The position numbers and the translations under genes were made by a program. Shown here piece after piece: positions 19,132-29,477 of a stretch of 64,000 bases of DNA. The notes below the pieces were generated by a model. That model was not told the origin of the DNA and made no database searches. It worked only from the letters and a program-made list of their open reading frames with translations. Within the stretch, counting starts at the first letter, position 1. The number at the start of each line of letters is the position of its first letter. The DNA comes from an uncultured Enterovirga sp. (GTDB taxonomy: Bacteria; Pseudomonadota; Alphaproteobacteria; Rhizobiales; Beijerinckiaceae), in contig NZ_CAXTAZ010000011.1 of the NCBI RefSeq assembly GCF_964242715.1, positions 24,593 through 88,592 of the forward strand, in the 5' to 3' direction.

Positions 19132-20112
19132 ATGACCCAGACACGGCGCCTGTTCATGGCGGCTGCGGCCCTCGCGGCTTTCGCCCTCCCGGCATCGGCC
19201 CAGACCTATCCGGTCCGGCCGATCACGCTGATCGTACCTTTCGCGGCGGGAGGCCCGAGCGACGCCATCGCCCGTCTCGTCGGCCACTCGATGTCGGCGA
19301 CCCTCGGCCAGCAGGTGGTGATCGAGAACGTCACCGGTGCTGGCGGCACCGTCGGCGCGGCCCGGACCGCGAAGGCCGATCCCGACGGCTACACGCTCCT
19401 GATCGCCCATGTCGCGCTGCCGGCCTCGGCCTCGCTCTACAAGTCCCTGCCATATGATACGGCGACCGCCTTCGAGCCGCTCGGTCTCGTCAATTTCGGC
19501 CCGATGGCCCTCGCCACGCGCAAGGATTACCCGGCCGCCGATGCCAAGGCGCTCCTCGCCAAGCTCAAGGAAGACGGCCCGAAGACCACGATGGCGCATG
19601 CCGGGATCGGGTCGAACGCGCATCTCTGCGGGCTCCTGCTGCAGCAGGCGGTCGGCGCCAAGATCACCGAAGTCGCCTATCGGGGCACCGGCCCTGCCAT
19701 GAACGACCTCATGGGCGGGCAGGTCGACCTCCTCTGCGACCAGAGCACCAATGCCGTGCCCCAGATCGAGGCCAGGACGGTGAAGGGCTACGCGGTGACC
19801 TCCGCAAAGCGCCTCGACGTGCTGAAGGGCCTGCCGACCCTGCAGGAGGTCGGGCTGCCGGGCTTCGAATTCGTCATCTGGCACGCGATGTATGCGCCGA
19901 AGGACACGCCGGCCCCGGTCGTCGCGGCACTGAACAAGGCGCTCCGGATCGCGCTCGCGGACGTCACCATCCGGTCGCGCTTCGCGGCGGTCGGGACCGA
20001 CGTCTATCCCGAGGCCGAGCTCACGCCCGAGGCGCACCGCGCGCGCTTCCTCAAGGAGATCGCGACCTGGCGCGACGTGGTGGCCAAGAGCGGCGTGTCG
20101 GTCGGGAACTGA
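19132..20112 (+). CDS. Tripartite tricarboxylate transporter substrate-binding protein (Bug/TctC family)
   Basis: ATG 19132. Signal peptide MTQTRRLFMAAAALAAFALPASAQ, followed by YPVRPITLIVPFAAGGPSD, typical of the Bug family. Confidence 0.9.
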   Translation: MTQTRRLFMAAAALAAFALPASAQTYPVRPITLIVPFAAGGPSDAIARLVGHSMSATLGQQVVIENVTGAGGTVGAARTAKADPDGYTLLIAHVALPASASLYKSLPYDTATAFEPLGLVNFGPMALATRKDYPAADAKALLAKLKEDGPKTTMAHAGIGSNAHLCGLLLQQAVGAKITEVAYRGTGPAMNDLMGGQVDLLCDQSTNAVPQIEARTVKGYAVTSAKRLDVLKGLPTLQEVGLPGFEFVIWHAMYAPKDTPAPVVAALNKALRIALADVTIRSRFAAVGTDVYPEAELTPEAHRARFLKEIATWRDVVAKSGVSVGN

Positions 20113-20221
20113 TCCGACCCGCTCGGGATGGCGGGCGACCTTGCCGCCCTATGGGCCTCTCCCGAATTGACATTCGCCGCACCGGACTCACTTTCTGGGG
20201 TGAGCTTCAGCAGGTCTCGCG

Positions 20222-20437
20222 ATGCTCCCCCTCGTTCGCCTGATCCACAAGACGCTGCTCGATGGGCGTTACCACGTCTTCACCTCGCCTGACGTGCAAG
20301 GCCTCCATGTGGCCATGGAGACCCTGGCAGCCGCCAAGCGCGAGGCCATCTCAGTCCTCGACAAGATGGCCGAACTCGAAGGCGTGCCAAAGCCGGACTT
20401 CACCTTCGTCGACGAGATCGGACGCCAGGCCGCCTGA
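20222..20437 (+). CDS. Small DUF1902/HicB-N-terminal-like protein (possible antitoxin remnant)
   Basis: 71 aa: RYHVFTSPDVQGLHVAMETLAAAKREAISVLDKMAELEG. This resembles the HicB-like fold (SPDVPGL..EA.TLEE). The local composition is lower in GC and less Arg-biased than the shadow ORFs. Confidence 0.55.
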   Translation: MLPLVRLIHKTLLDGRYHVFTSPDVQGLHVAMETLAAAKREAISVLDKMAELEGVPKPDFTFVDEIGRQAA

Positions 20438-20440
20438 GTG

Positions 20441-20536
20441 ATGGACTGCGTCCGGTTCTCGGAGGTGCGTGAGGCTCTGGCGGATCTCGGATTCCTGAGG
20501 TCGCGCGGAACGACGCCTTCGATGCTGCCGCGCTGA
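20441..20536 (+). pseudogene. Truncated HicA-like toxin remnant (31 codons)
   Basis: The ATG lies 3 nt after the upstream stop (TGAGTGATG). MDCVRFSEVREALADLGFLRSRGTTPSMLPR resembles the N-terminal half of HicA (SE.R..L...GF....G) but stops prematurely. Confidence 0.3.
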
Positions 20537-20618
20537 CCCCGCCCTCGTGGTCGGTCTTCTGGTGCGATTGAAGCCGGTCCTAACACCTTGCCGAGGCAAC
20601 GACGCCCTCGTGGCAGCC

Positions 20619-21488
20619 CTAATCCACTCGGCCCCGCGCCCGCTCCCAGATCAGGAGGTAGAGGCCGGAGGCGATGACGATCGCGGCGCCGGCGAAGGTC
20701 CATCCGTCCGGCACGTCGCCGAAGACCAAATAGCCGAGCGCCACCATCCAGATGAGCTGGGTGTAGATGAAGGGCGACAGCACCGGCGCCGGCGCCCGTG
20801 CATGAGCCAGCGTCAAGAAACCATGGCCCACCGCCCCGAAGAGCCCGGTTGCGGCAAGCGCGAGCCAGACGAGGAGGGTCGGCGGCGTCGTCCAGAAAAA
20901 TGGCAGGACGGGTGTCAGCAGGAGCACGCCGGCGAGGCCCGAATAGGTGATGGTCGTGGCCGAGGGGTCGTGGGCGGCGAGCATCCGGGTCACGAGCGCA
21001 TAGCACGCGTAGAGGATCGTGCTGCCGAGAACGAGCCAAGCGGCCGAATTCATCGAGCCCGCCCCGGGCCGCGTCACGACGAGCACGCCGAGGAAGCCGA
21101 CCCCGATCGCGGCGAGCCGGCGCGGGCCAGCCCATTCACCGAGCAGGGGGCCAGCCAGCAGCGCGACGATGATCGGCATCGCGAATTGGATCGAGATCGA
21201 CTGCGCGAGCTGGAGGTGCGGCAAGGCGAAGAAGTTCAGGATCGTGCAGAGGAAGAGGAGGATGGATCGCAGAACCTGCAGGAAGAACCGGTTCGAATGC
21301 AGGAGCCTCGGCCGCGTCCAGGGATTCAGCACGAGCGAGACCATCGCGACGCTGGCCGCGTAGCGGAACCAGGTGGTGACGATCGGGTCCACATGTTGCG
21401 AGGCCCATTTTGACGACGCGTCCAGGCCCGCGAAGCAGAATACGGCCCCGCACATCAACAGGATCGCGGCGCGCCGCCGCCGGGCCAT
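20619..21488 (-). CDS. DMT-superfamily (EamA-like) transporter
   Basis: The 20619..22037 ORF trimmed to ATG 21488. 289 aa, about ten hydrophobic helices, duplicated EamA pattern. Confidence 0.85.
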   Translation of the reverse strand: MARRRRAAILLMCGAVFCFAGLDASSKWASQHVDPIVTTWFRYAASVAMVSLVLNPWTRPRLLHSNRFFLQVLRSILLFLCTILNFFALPHLQLAQSISIQFAMPIIVALLAGPLLGEWAGPRRLAAIGVGFLGVLVVTRPGAGSMNSAAWLVLGSTILYACYALVTRMLAAHDPSATTITYSGLAGVLLLTPVLPFFWTTPPTLLVWLALAATGLFGAVGHGFLTLAHARAPAPVLSPFIYTQLIWMVALGYLVFGDVPDGWTFAGAAIVIASGLYLLIWERARGRVD

Positions 21489-21714
21489 GGACGTGGCCGT
21501 CTCGCCCGGATTTCCTTCGTCCTCGTTCAGCGTCCCGTGTCCTTGCGCGTTCCGGCCGAAGGCGTGCTCCGAACGGAAGCCGATCTCGACGAAGCGCTTC
21601 CGTTCTGGCATGAAATCGGCCAACAGGCGGCACAAGCCGCGAAACGCTTCTTGACGCGTGGGCTCACCGCTTCGGTAACCCTGCGTTAACCATCGACGGG
21701 CGACGTCGCAGGCG

Positions 21715-23154
21715 GTGCGGCGAGGGGGCAGGTCTGGCGTGACGACAGGGCGTTCGCGTGGCCGTCTCACAACCGCTGGTCGGAGATGGTGCGTCCTTCT
21801 CGGCCTGTCGGCCGCTGCGCTGGTCCTCGTCTCGGCGATCGATACGACCCAGGACGCCGTCGCGAATGGCGACACGCGGACGATCGAGATCATCCACGAA
21901 CATACCAAGGAAAGCGCGTCGGTCACCTTCCGGCGCAACGGACAATACGATGCGGGTGGGCTGAAGCAGCTGAATTGGCTCCTGCGCGACTGGCGCCTCG
22001 ACGAGCCGACCCAGATGGATCCCCGGCTCTTCGACATCGTCTGGCAGGTCTATCGCGAAGTGGGTGCGCGCGAGCCGATCCGCGTCGTCTCGGCCTACCG
22101 GTCGCCCCAGACGAATGCGTCCCTGCGCCGCCGATCGCGCGCCGTCGCCGAGCATAGCCAACACATGCTGGGCAAGGCGATGGATTTCTACCTGCCCGAC
22201 GCATCCATGGCGCGGGTGCGCGAGATCGGCATGCGGCTCCAGAATGGCGGGGTCGGGTTCTATGCGAATGCCTACAACCCCTTCGTCCACCTCGATGCGG
22301 GCTCGGTCCGGTCCTGGCCGCGGATGCCGCGCCCGCAGCTCGCCCGCCTGTTCCCGGATGGCCGCACGGTCCATATCCCGAAGGACGGCAAACCGATGGC
22401 CGGCTACGAGGAGGCCAAGGCCACGATCCTGGCCCGGGGCGGCGCCGTGGCGGGCTACGCCTCCTATGCCGATGCGGGCGAGGAGAGCTCCGGGCCGCGC
22501 AAGAGCCTGTGGGCGACCCTGTTCGGCGGCGGCGACGACGAGGACAGCGATTTCTACCGCGGCCAGCCGTCCGGCGGACGCCAGGCAGCCGCCGCCGCCC
22601 CGGTAGCCGCCGGCGACGATGCCGGCGGCTGGAGCTTCTTCGGAAGCCGACAGCCGGCCGAGGCCCCGCGCGCCGGCGGCCGCATGCCGGTCGCCGCCGC
22701 GAGCGGGGAGGGCGCGGCCGCGCCGGAGACCGCCCCCAGGGCGCCGGCTCCGGTGCCGCCGCGACGGCCGAGCGACCTCGTTGCGCTAGCCGCCTCCGGC
22801 GCGGTCGCCCCGGCCAGGCCCGACATCGGGATGCTCGCCGGCATCTCGCCGCCAGCTGCGCCGGGACAGCGCGGCGAGATGAGGCCCGGCCCACGGCCGG
22901 GCGCGATCCCGGCCCCTGGCGACGACCGGGCCGCGCTGCGCAGCCTGTTCGAGGCTGCCGCGACCCCGACCACGCCCGGGCGACGCGCGGAGGTGCCGAC
23001 CAGCCGCAGCCGCGTGCAGCCGCTCACGACCGGCGCGGTGCTGAACGAGCCGGACCCAAAGGTTCGCACCTCCTTCTCGTCCGTCAGGCTCGATGGCCCG
23101 CCCGCCGACGCCTTCCGCGGGCCCGCCGTCGCGCCGCTTCGCACGTTCCGCTGA
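21715..23154 (+). CDS. DUF882 (YcbK-like, peptidase M15A fold) protein with a long Pro/Ala-rich C-terminal tail
   Basis: Contains DPRLFDIVWQV, SAYRSPQTNA, HSQHMLGKAMDFY and FVHLDAG, plus an N-terminal hydrophobic anchor. The start is uncertain (21715 or GTG 21739). Confidence 0.8.
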   Translation: MRRGGRSGVTTGRSRGRLTTAGRRWCVLLGLSAAALVLVSAIDTTQDAVANGDTRTIEIIHEHTKESASVTFRRNGQYDAGGLKQLNWLLRDWRLDEPTQMDPRLFDIVWQVYREVGAREPIRVVSAYRSPQTNASLRRRSRAVAEHSQHMLGKAMDFYLPDASMARVREIGMRLQNGGVGFYANAYNPFVHLDAGSVRSWPRMPRPQLARLFPDGRTVHIPKDGKPMAGYEEAKATILARGGAVAGYASYADAGEESSGPRKSLWATLFGGGDDEDSDFYRGQPSGGRQAAAAAPVAAGDDAGGWSFFGSRQPAEAPRAGGRMPVAAASGEGAAAPETAPRAPAPVPPRRPSDLVALAASGAVAPARPDIGMLAGISPPAAPGQRGEMRPGPRPGAIPAPGDDRAALRSLFEAAATPTTPGRRAEVPTSRSRVQPLTTGAVLNEPDPKVRTSFSSVRLDGPPADAFRGPAVAPLRTFR

Positions 23155-23244
23155 CGACCGATCGCGTCGGGGCTCGAAAGCCGTCGTGGGCATGTTATGC
23201 GTGGGACGTAGCAGCGCCCGACACGCGGCCGACCGGGGTTCACG

Positions 23245-26200
23245 ATGGATGGTGATGCGACGAGCCTGGCCGAGCCGGGATCTATCGAAACCGCGCCCGA
23301 GCGCCCGGCCGGCGACCTTCGCAGCTTCCTCTTCGCCCGGGTCCCGGCCGAGGATCTGAAGCCCTACCCGGACGAGGTCCTCGACGCCGTCGCCGGGACC
23401 GCCGGAGAGCTCTTGGCGCGGCCGCGCCAGGACGGCGCGCCCGCGATGGCGCTCGCCGACGTCGCCGTCGAGCAGGCCGGCCGCTCCCGCGAGCTCACGC
23501 TCCTCGACGTCGTCAACGACGACATGCCCTTCCTGCTCGATTCGACCCTGGCCGAACTGGACTCACGCGGCCTCGAACCGGTTCTCGTCGCCCACCCGAT
23601 CCTGGCGGTCGAGCGCGGCGAGGATGGCGGGCTCCTGCGTCTCCACGGCGAGGCGACGACGGGCGCTCCCTCGGGCGGCCGGCGCGAAAGCCTGATCCAC
23701 ATCCATCTCGACCGGATCGACGACCCGGAGGCCCGGGCCGGCCTCGTCGAGGCGCTCGGCCGGACCTATGCCGATGTCGCGGCGGTCGCCCGCGACGCGG
23801 AGGCGATGCGGGTTCAACTCGCGGGTCTCGCCGAGGATTACCGCAACAATCCGCCGCCGCTCCCGGAAGACGAGCGCGAGGAGACCTGCGCCTTCCTGGA
23901 CTGGCTGAACGAGCGCCACTTCACCCTGGTCGGCATGCGGGCCTCCCGCATCCCGGAGGGCGTGGGCACGCCGGAACCGTTGGATGGATCCGGCCTCGGG
24001 CTCCTCGCCGATCCCGAGATCCAGGTCCTGCGGCGCGGCGGGCAGTCTGTCTCGATCACGCCCGAGATCCGGGCCTTCATGGAGCGTCCGGAGGCGCTCA
24101 TCATCACCAAGGCCAGCGTGCGGTCGCGGGTGCTGAAACGAGCCTATCTCGACTATGTCGGCGCGAAGCTGTTCTCGCCCTCCGGCCGGCTCTGGGGAGA
24201 ACTCGCCATCGTCGGGCTGTTCACCGGCTCGGCCTATGCGAGCCCGGCACCCGAGACGCCCTATCTGCGCCGCAAGGTCGCCCGGGTCCTCGCCCGCGCC
24301 GGGTTCGATCCGGCGAGCTTCGCCGGCCGCATGCTGGTCGAGACGCTGGAGGATATTCCGCGCGACGAGCTGTTCCAGATCGACGAGGACACGCTCTACG
24401 GCTTCGCCCTCGAGCTTCTCCGACTGCGCGAGCATCCCCGGGTCCGCGCGCTGGCCCGGGTCGACCGTCACGACCGCTACGTCTCCGTGATCGTCTATCT
24501 TCGCAAGGACCGCGACGACAGCGCGACCCGCGACCGGATCGGCAAGTATCTGGCGGAGGCCTACCAGGGCCGCGTCTCGGCGGTGTATCCGGCCTATCCG
24601 GAGGGCGTGCTCGCCCGCACCCATTTCATCATCGGACGCGACGGCGGCGCGACGCCCGAGGTCAGCCGCGAGACGCTGGAGGCCGAGATCGCGGCGATCG
24701 CCCGGACCTGGGCCGACCGGCTCGGCGATGCCCTCGCCGGGACCGTCGGCGGCCCCCGGGCCCGCGCGCTGGCGACCCGCTATGCCGGCGCCTTCGGGGC
24801 CGCCTATCGCGAGGCCTTCGACACTCCGGTCGCCCTCGCCGATATCGAGCGGCTCGAGCATCTGAGCGAGGCGCGGCCGCGCGCGGTTGATATCTACCGC
24901 CGCGAGGGCGAGCCCGCGAGCCGGGTCGACCTGAAGCTGTTTTCGCGGGGCGCGCCGTTGCCGCTCTCCGAACGCGTGCCGCTGCTCGAGCGGCTCGGCT
25001 TCCGGGTCGTGAACGAGCGGACCTACCGGATCGCCGGCGAGGGCGAGAACCGAGCCTGGCTGCACGACATGGCGCTCCAACGCGCGACCGGCCAGGATCT
25101 CGACATCGCCGCAGTCGAAGGTCGTCTCGAAGCGGCGCTCCTGGCTGTGTTCCGCGGCATCGCCGAATCGGACCGTTTCAACCAGCTCGTCGTCGAGGCC
25201 GGGCTCGGTTGGCGCGAGGCGGCCCTGTTCCGCGCCTACGGCCGCTACCTCCGGCAGATCGTGATCCCCTACAGCCAGGATTACCTCGCCGATGTCCTCG
25301 CCCGGCACGGCGAGATCGTGGCCGCGATCGTGGCCCTCTTCACGGCCCGGTTCGACCCGAAGGAGGCCGATGAGGCCCGGGCCGGCCGCGAAAGCGAGGC
25401 ACGGGAGCGGATCGCCGCCCTGCTCGCGGCCGTGACGAGCCTCGACGACGATCGCATCCTGCGCCGCTTCCTGAATCTCGTCGATGCGACGCTCCGGACG
25501 AACTTCTTCCAGCTCGGCCCGGACGGGCTGCCGCCGACCATCATCGCCTTCAAGTTCGAGGCCTCGGCCGTCGACGCGATGCCGCGGCCAAAGCCGCTTT
25601 ATGAGATCTTCATGAACTCGCCGCGGGTCGAGGCCTTGCATCTCCGCTTCGGCAAGGTCGCGCGCGGGGGCCTGCGCTGGACCGACCGGCCGGAGGACTT
25701 CCGCACCGAGGTGCTGGGCCTCGTGAAGGCGCAGCAGGTCAAGAACGCCGTGATCGTGCCGGTCGGCGCCAAGGGCGGGTTCTTCCCGAAGCTCCTGCCG
25801 CCGGCCTCGGACCGGGCCGCCTGGCTCGCCGAGGGGACGGAGGCCTACCGGCTCTTCGTCCGCACCCTCCTCGACCTCACCGACAATCTCGACGGCGCAA
25901 CCGTGGTCCACCCCGCCGATACGGTGCGGCGCGACGGCGACGACCCCTATCTCGTGGTCGCCGCCGACAAGGGTACGGCCACCTTCTCCGACATCGCGAA
26001 CGCGATCTCGCTCGAGCGCGGCCACTGGCTCGGCGACGCCTTCGCGTCCGGGGGCTCGAACGGCTACGACCACAAGCAGATGGCGATCACGGCCCGGGGC
26101 GCCTGGGAGGCCGTGAAGCGGCACTTCCGCGAGATCGACGTCGACATCCAGAAGGAGCCGGTCACGGTCGTGGGCGTGGGCGACATGTCGGGCGACGTGT

Positions 26201-28050
26201 TCGGCAACGGCATGCTGCTCTCGCAGAGCGTGAAGCTCGTGGCCGCCTTCGACCACCGCGACATCTTCATCGACCCGGACCCGGACGCGGATCTCGCCTT
26301 CCTGGAACGCGAGCGTCTCTTCGCCCTCCCGCGCTCGAGCTGGCAGGATTACGACAAGGGCCTGATCTCGGCCGGCGGCGGCGTGTTTCCGCGCTCCGCG
26401 AAGTCGATCCCGCTCTCGCCCGAGGCCCAGAAGGCCCTGGGCCTCGGGCAGAGCGAGATCGCTCCGTCCGAGCTGATGAGCGCGATCCTGCGCGCACCGG
26501 TCGGCCTCCTCTTCTTCGGCGGCATCGGCACCTATGTGCGGGCCTCAGACGAGACCGATGCGGCCGCCGGCGACCGCGCCAACGACCCGATCCGGATCGC
26601 CGGCCGCGAGATCCGGGCCCAGGTCGTGGGTGAGGGCGCCAATCTCGGCATGACCCAGCGCGGCCGCGTCGAGGCGGCCCGGGCGGGGATCCGGCTGAAC
26701 ACCGACGCGATCGACAATTCGGCCGGGGTGAACACCTCGGACATCGAGGTGAATATCAAGATCGCGCTCTCCGTCCCGGAGCGCGACGGCCGTCTCGCTC
26801 CGGACGACCGGAACGCGCTCTTGCGGGAGATGACGGACGAGGTCGCGAGCCTCGTCTTGCGCAACAACTATCTGCAGACGCTGGCGCTTTCCCTGTCGCA
26901 GCGGCGCGGGACGGCTGATCTCGGCTTCATGTCCCGCCTGATGCAGGTGCTGGAAGGGGAGGGCCGGCTCGACCGCCCGATCGAATTCCTGCCGGACGAG
27001 GCCGCGCTCGCGGCCCGGCGCCAGGCCGGCGAGGGACTGACAAGGCCGGAGCTCTCGGTGCTCCTCGCCTATGCCAAGCTCGCCTTGCACGACGAACTTC
27101 TCGCCTCATCCGTGCCGGATGACCCGTATCTGTCGCGCGAGCTCGACCGCTACTTTCCGGCCGCGCTTCGGGACCGCTTCCCGGATTCGGTTTCGGATCA
27201 TCGGCTGCGCCGGGAGATCATCTCCACGCAACTCGCGAACGCCATCGTGAACCGGGGCGGCCCCGCGATCGTCACCCGCCTCGTCGACGACACGGGCGCC
27301 GACGCCACCACCATCGCGGCCGCCTATGCGGCGACGCGCGATTCTTTCGGCCTCACCGACCTCTATTGGGGAATCGACGCGCTCGACGGCAAGGTCCCGG
27401 GCGAGCAGCAGCTCGCGCTCTATGCCGCGGTCCAGGAGCTGATGCTGTCCCGCATCGTCTGGTTCATCCGCAACGTCGATTTCAAGACGCGCTCGCTCGA
27501 CGACGTCGTCGGGCAATATGGGGCCGGCATCGCCGAGGTCTCGGCGGCGCTGGACTCCGCCCTTTCAGCGGCACGACGCGAGGCCTGGACGGCCCGGTCC
27601 GAATCCGTCGCCAGCGGCGGCGTGCCGGCCGGCCTTGCCCGCCGCCTCGCCGCACTCCCGGACCTCGCGGCCGCGCCGGACATCGTGCTGGTCGCTCGTC
27701 GTACCGGCCGAGCGATCACCGACGTCGCCGCGACGCATTTCGCGGTCGGCGCCCTGTTCCGACTGGGCGAGCTCGCCGAGGCTGCCTCCACGATCCCGGT
27801 CCTCGACCATTACGACCGCCTCGCCCGCGACCGCGCCATCGATTCCGTGGCCGAAGCTCACCGCCGCCTGACCTCGGAGGTGGTGACGGGTGATGCGACC
27901 GGCCCCGACGCCCTTTCGGCCTGGCAAGCTATCCGCGGCGGCGAAGCCGACCGTATCCGGGGCGCCGTGGAAGCCATCGCGGCCTCCGGGCTTACCGTAT
28001 CGAAGATGACGGTCGCGGCGAGCCTCGTGGGGGATCTGGCCAAGGCTTGA
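23245..28050 (+). CDS. gdhB: NAD-specific glutamate dehydrogenase, large (about 180 kDa) class
   Basis: 1601 aa. The central catalytic region reads [42 protein letters not shown]. Confidence 0.95.
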   Translation: [1601 protein letters not shown]

Positions 28051-28083
28051 GGCGAGCCTCGACGCACGCACGACGGCCAATTC

Positions 28084-29142
28084 TCATCCCGCCCGCCGCC
28101 CCCCCTGCTTCGGCCTGAGCCCCGCCTGCCGCTCGATCATCCAGCCCGGATACTCCTTCGGCAATGCGCTCGCGGCATCGAGGCGGGCGAGGTCGTCGTC
28201 TGTCAGCACGACGTCGACCGCCCCGAGATTGTCGGCAAGCTGGTCCGGCCGTTTCGCGCCGACGATGACGCTCGTGACGACGGGCTGGTGCAGCAGCCAG
28301 GCGAGCGCGACCTGGGCCACGCTGCAGCCCTTCTCGCCAGCGATCTCGCGGAGCACCACGACGGCGGCGCGGGCGCGAGGCCGCTCGACGGGCGGGAAGT
28401 CGAAGCTGGCGCGCCGGCCGGTGCCTTGCGTCGTGTCGTCGGCCTCGTCGAGATCGTATTTGCCGGACAGGAGGCCGCCGGCGAGCGGGCTCCAGACCAT
28501 CAGGCCGACCTTTTCGGACAGGAGCATCGGCACGATCTCGCGCTCGAGGTCGCGGCCGGCCAGGGTGTAGTAGCTCTGCAATATGCGGGGCGGGGCGAGG
28601 TTCTTCCGCTCCGCGATGCCGAGCGCCTTCGCGACCTGCCAGGCGGCCCAGTTCGAGACCCCGACATAGCGGACGTGGCCGTGCCGAACGAGCACGTCCA
28701 GCGCCTCCAGCATCTCTTCGACCGGGGTCGCGGCGTCGAAACCGTGCAGCTGGTAGAGGTCGACATGGTCGAGCCGGAGCCGCCGCAGGCTGTTCTTGCA
28801 GGCCTGGAGGATGTGGGCCCGGGAGGCGCCGACCCGGTTCGGGCCGGGAGCGGAGCCGACCCGCCCGAACCCTTTCGTGGCCACCACGACATCCTCGCGC
28901 GCGATGCCGAGATTCTTGATGGCCTGCCCGGTAATCTCCTCCGAGCGACCCTCGGAATAGACGTCCGCCGTGTCCAGGAAGTTGATGCCGCCGTCGAGCG
29001 CGACCTTGATCAGCGCGTCGGCCTCGCTTTGGCCGAGGTCGCCGATCTTGCTCCAGACCTCGCCGGTGCCACCGAAGGTCATGGTGCCGAGGCACAGCTC
29101 GGACACCAGAAGGCCGGTCTGGCCAAGATTGTTGTACCGCAT
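28084..29142 (-). CDS. Aldo/keto reductase (cytoplasmic, Tas/YajO-like)
   Basis: MRYNNLGQTGLLVSELCLGTMTFG..., FLDTADVYS, DLYQLHGFD. An alternative start lies at 29169. Confidence 0.9.
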   Translation of the reverse strand: MRYNNLGQTGLLVSELCLGTMTFGGTGEVWSKIGDLGQSEADALIKVALDGGINFLDTADVYSEGRSEEITGQAIKNLGIAREDVVVATKGFGRVGSAPGPNRVGASRAHILQACKNSLRRLRLDHVDLYQLHGFDAATPVEEMLEALDVLVRHGHVRYVGVSNWAAWQVAKALGIAERKNLAPPRILQSYYTLAGRDLEREIVPMLLSEKVGLMVWSPLAGGLLSGKYDLDEADDTTQGTGRRASFDFPPVERPRARAAVVVLREIAGEKGCSVAQVALAWLLHQPVVTSVIVGAKRPDQLADNLGAVDVVLTDDDLARLDAASALPKEYPGWMIERQAGLRPKQGGRRAG

Positions 29143-29351
29143 GGAAGAACTTTCGTAGGGCGCGGACATGGCTGCGACGTCGGGCGAAAGCCGGAAGGCA
29201 GCTTCGGTTCCGACGGGTGATACTGGCCTTGCGGGGCGGGCGTCATTCGAGGGCTGCATCGTCTCCGGACGCCGCCGAGGCCGATGCGTTCAGGATCGTT
29301 GCCCGGCCAGCCACCTCGTCGGAAGATATCGGACAGGTCGGAGAGAAAGCC

Positions 29352-29435
29352 ATGCGAACCGGGGCTGTCGTGACGATTGGGCTTAGCCTTCTCTCGGCTG
29401 CTCCCGCCGCGGCCCAGCAACCCTACGAGGGTTAA
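29352..29435 (+). other. 27-codon mini-ORF consisting almost entirely of a signal peptide (possible gene remnant)
   Basis: GGAGAG RBS 8 nt upstream. MRTGAVVTIGLSLLSAAPAAAQQPYEG, then a stop. Confidence 0.25.
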
Positions 29436-29477
29436 CTCCGCTGCGCCGGCCCGTGATCCTGCAGCACGAGCGATCGG

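Noticed and set aside
16462-20037. 1191-aa minus-strand ORF spanning the E1 and TctC-like genes
   Set aside because: Its composition is extremely Arg/Pro/Gly/Ala-rich and it carries no motifs. It is out of frame with, or antisense to, two genes that have clear family signatures. This is a typical shadow ORF of very GC-rich DNA.
21675-21690. CtrA-box-like GTAA-N7-TTAAC upstream of the DUF882 gene
   Set aside because: It is a single near-consensus occurrence with a mismatch in the first half-site. It cannot be distinguished from chance without comparative or ChIP data.
23563-26256. 897-aa ORF antisense to the NAD-glutamate dehydrogenase gene. The same situation applies to 31212..33656 (814 aa), which is antisense to the TIR-STAND gene.
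   Set aside because: Both are low-complexity Arg/Gly/Asp-rich translations opposite strongly supported genes. They have no independent RBS or motif support.
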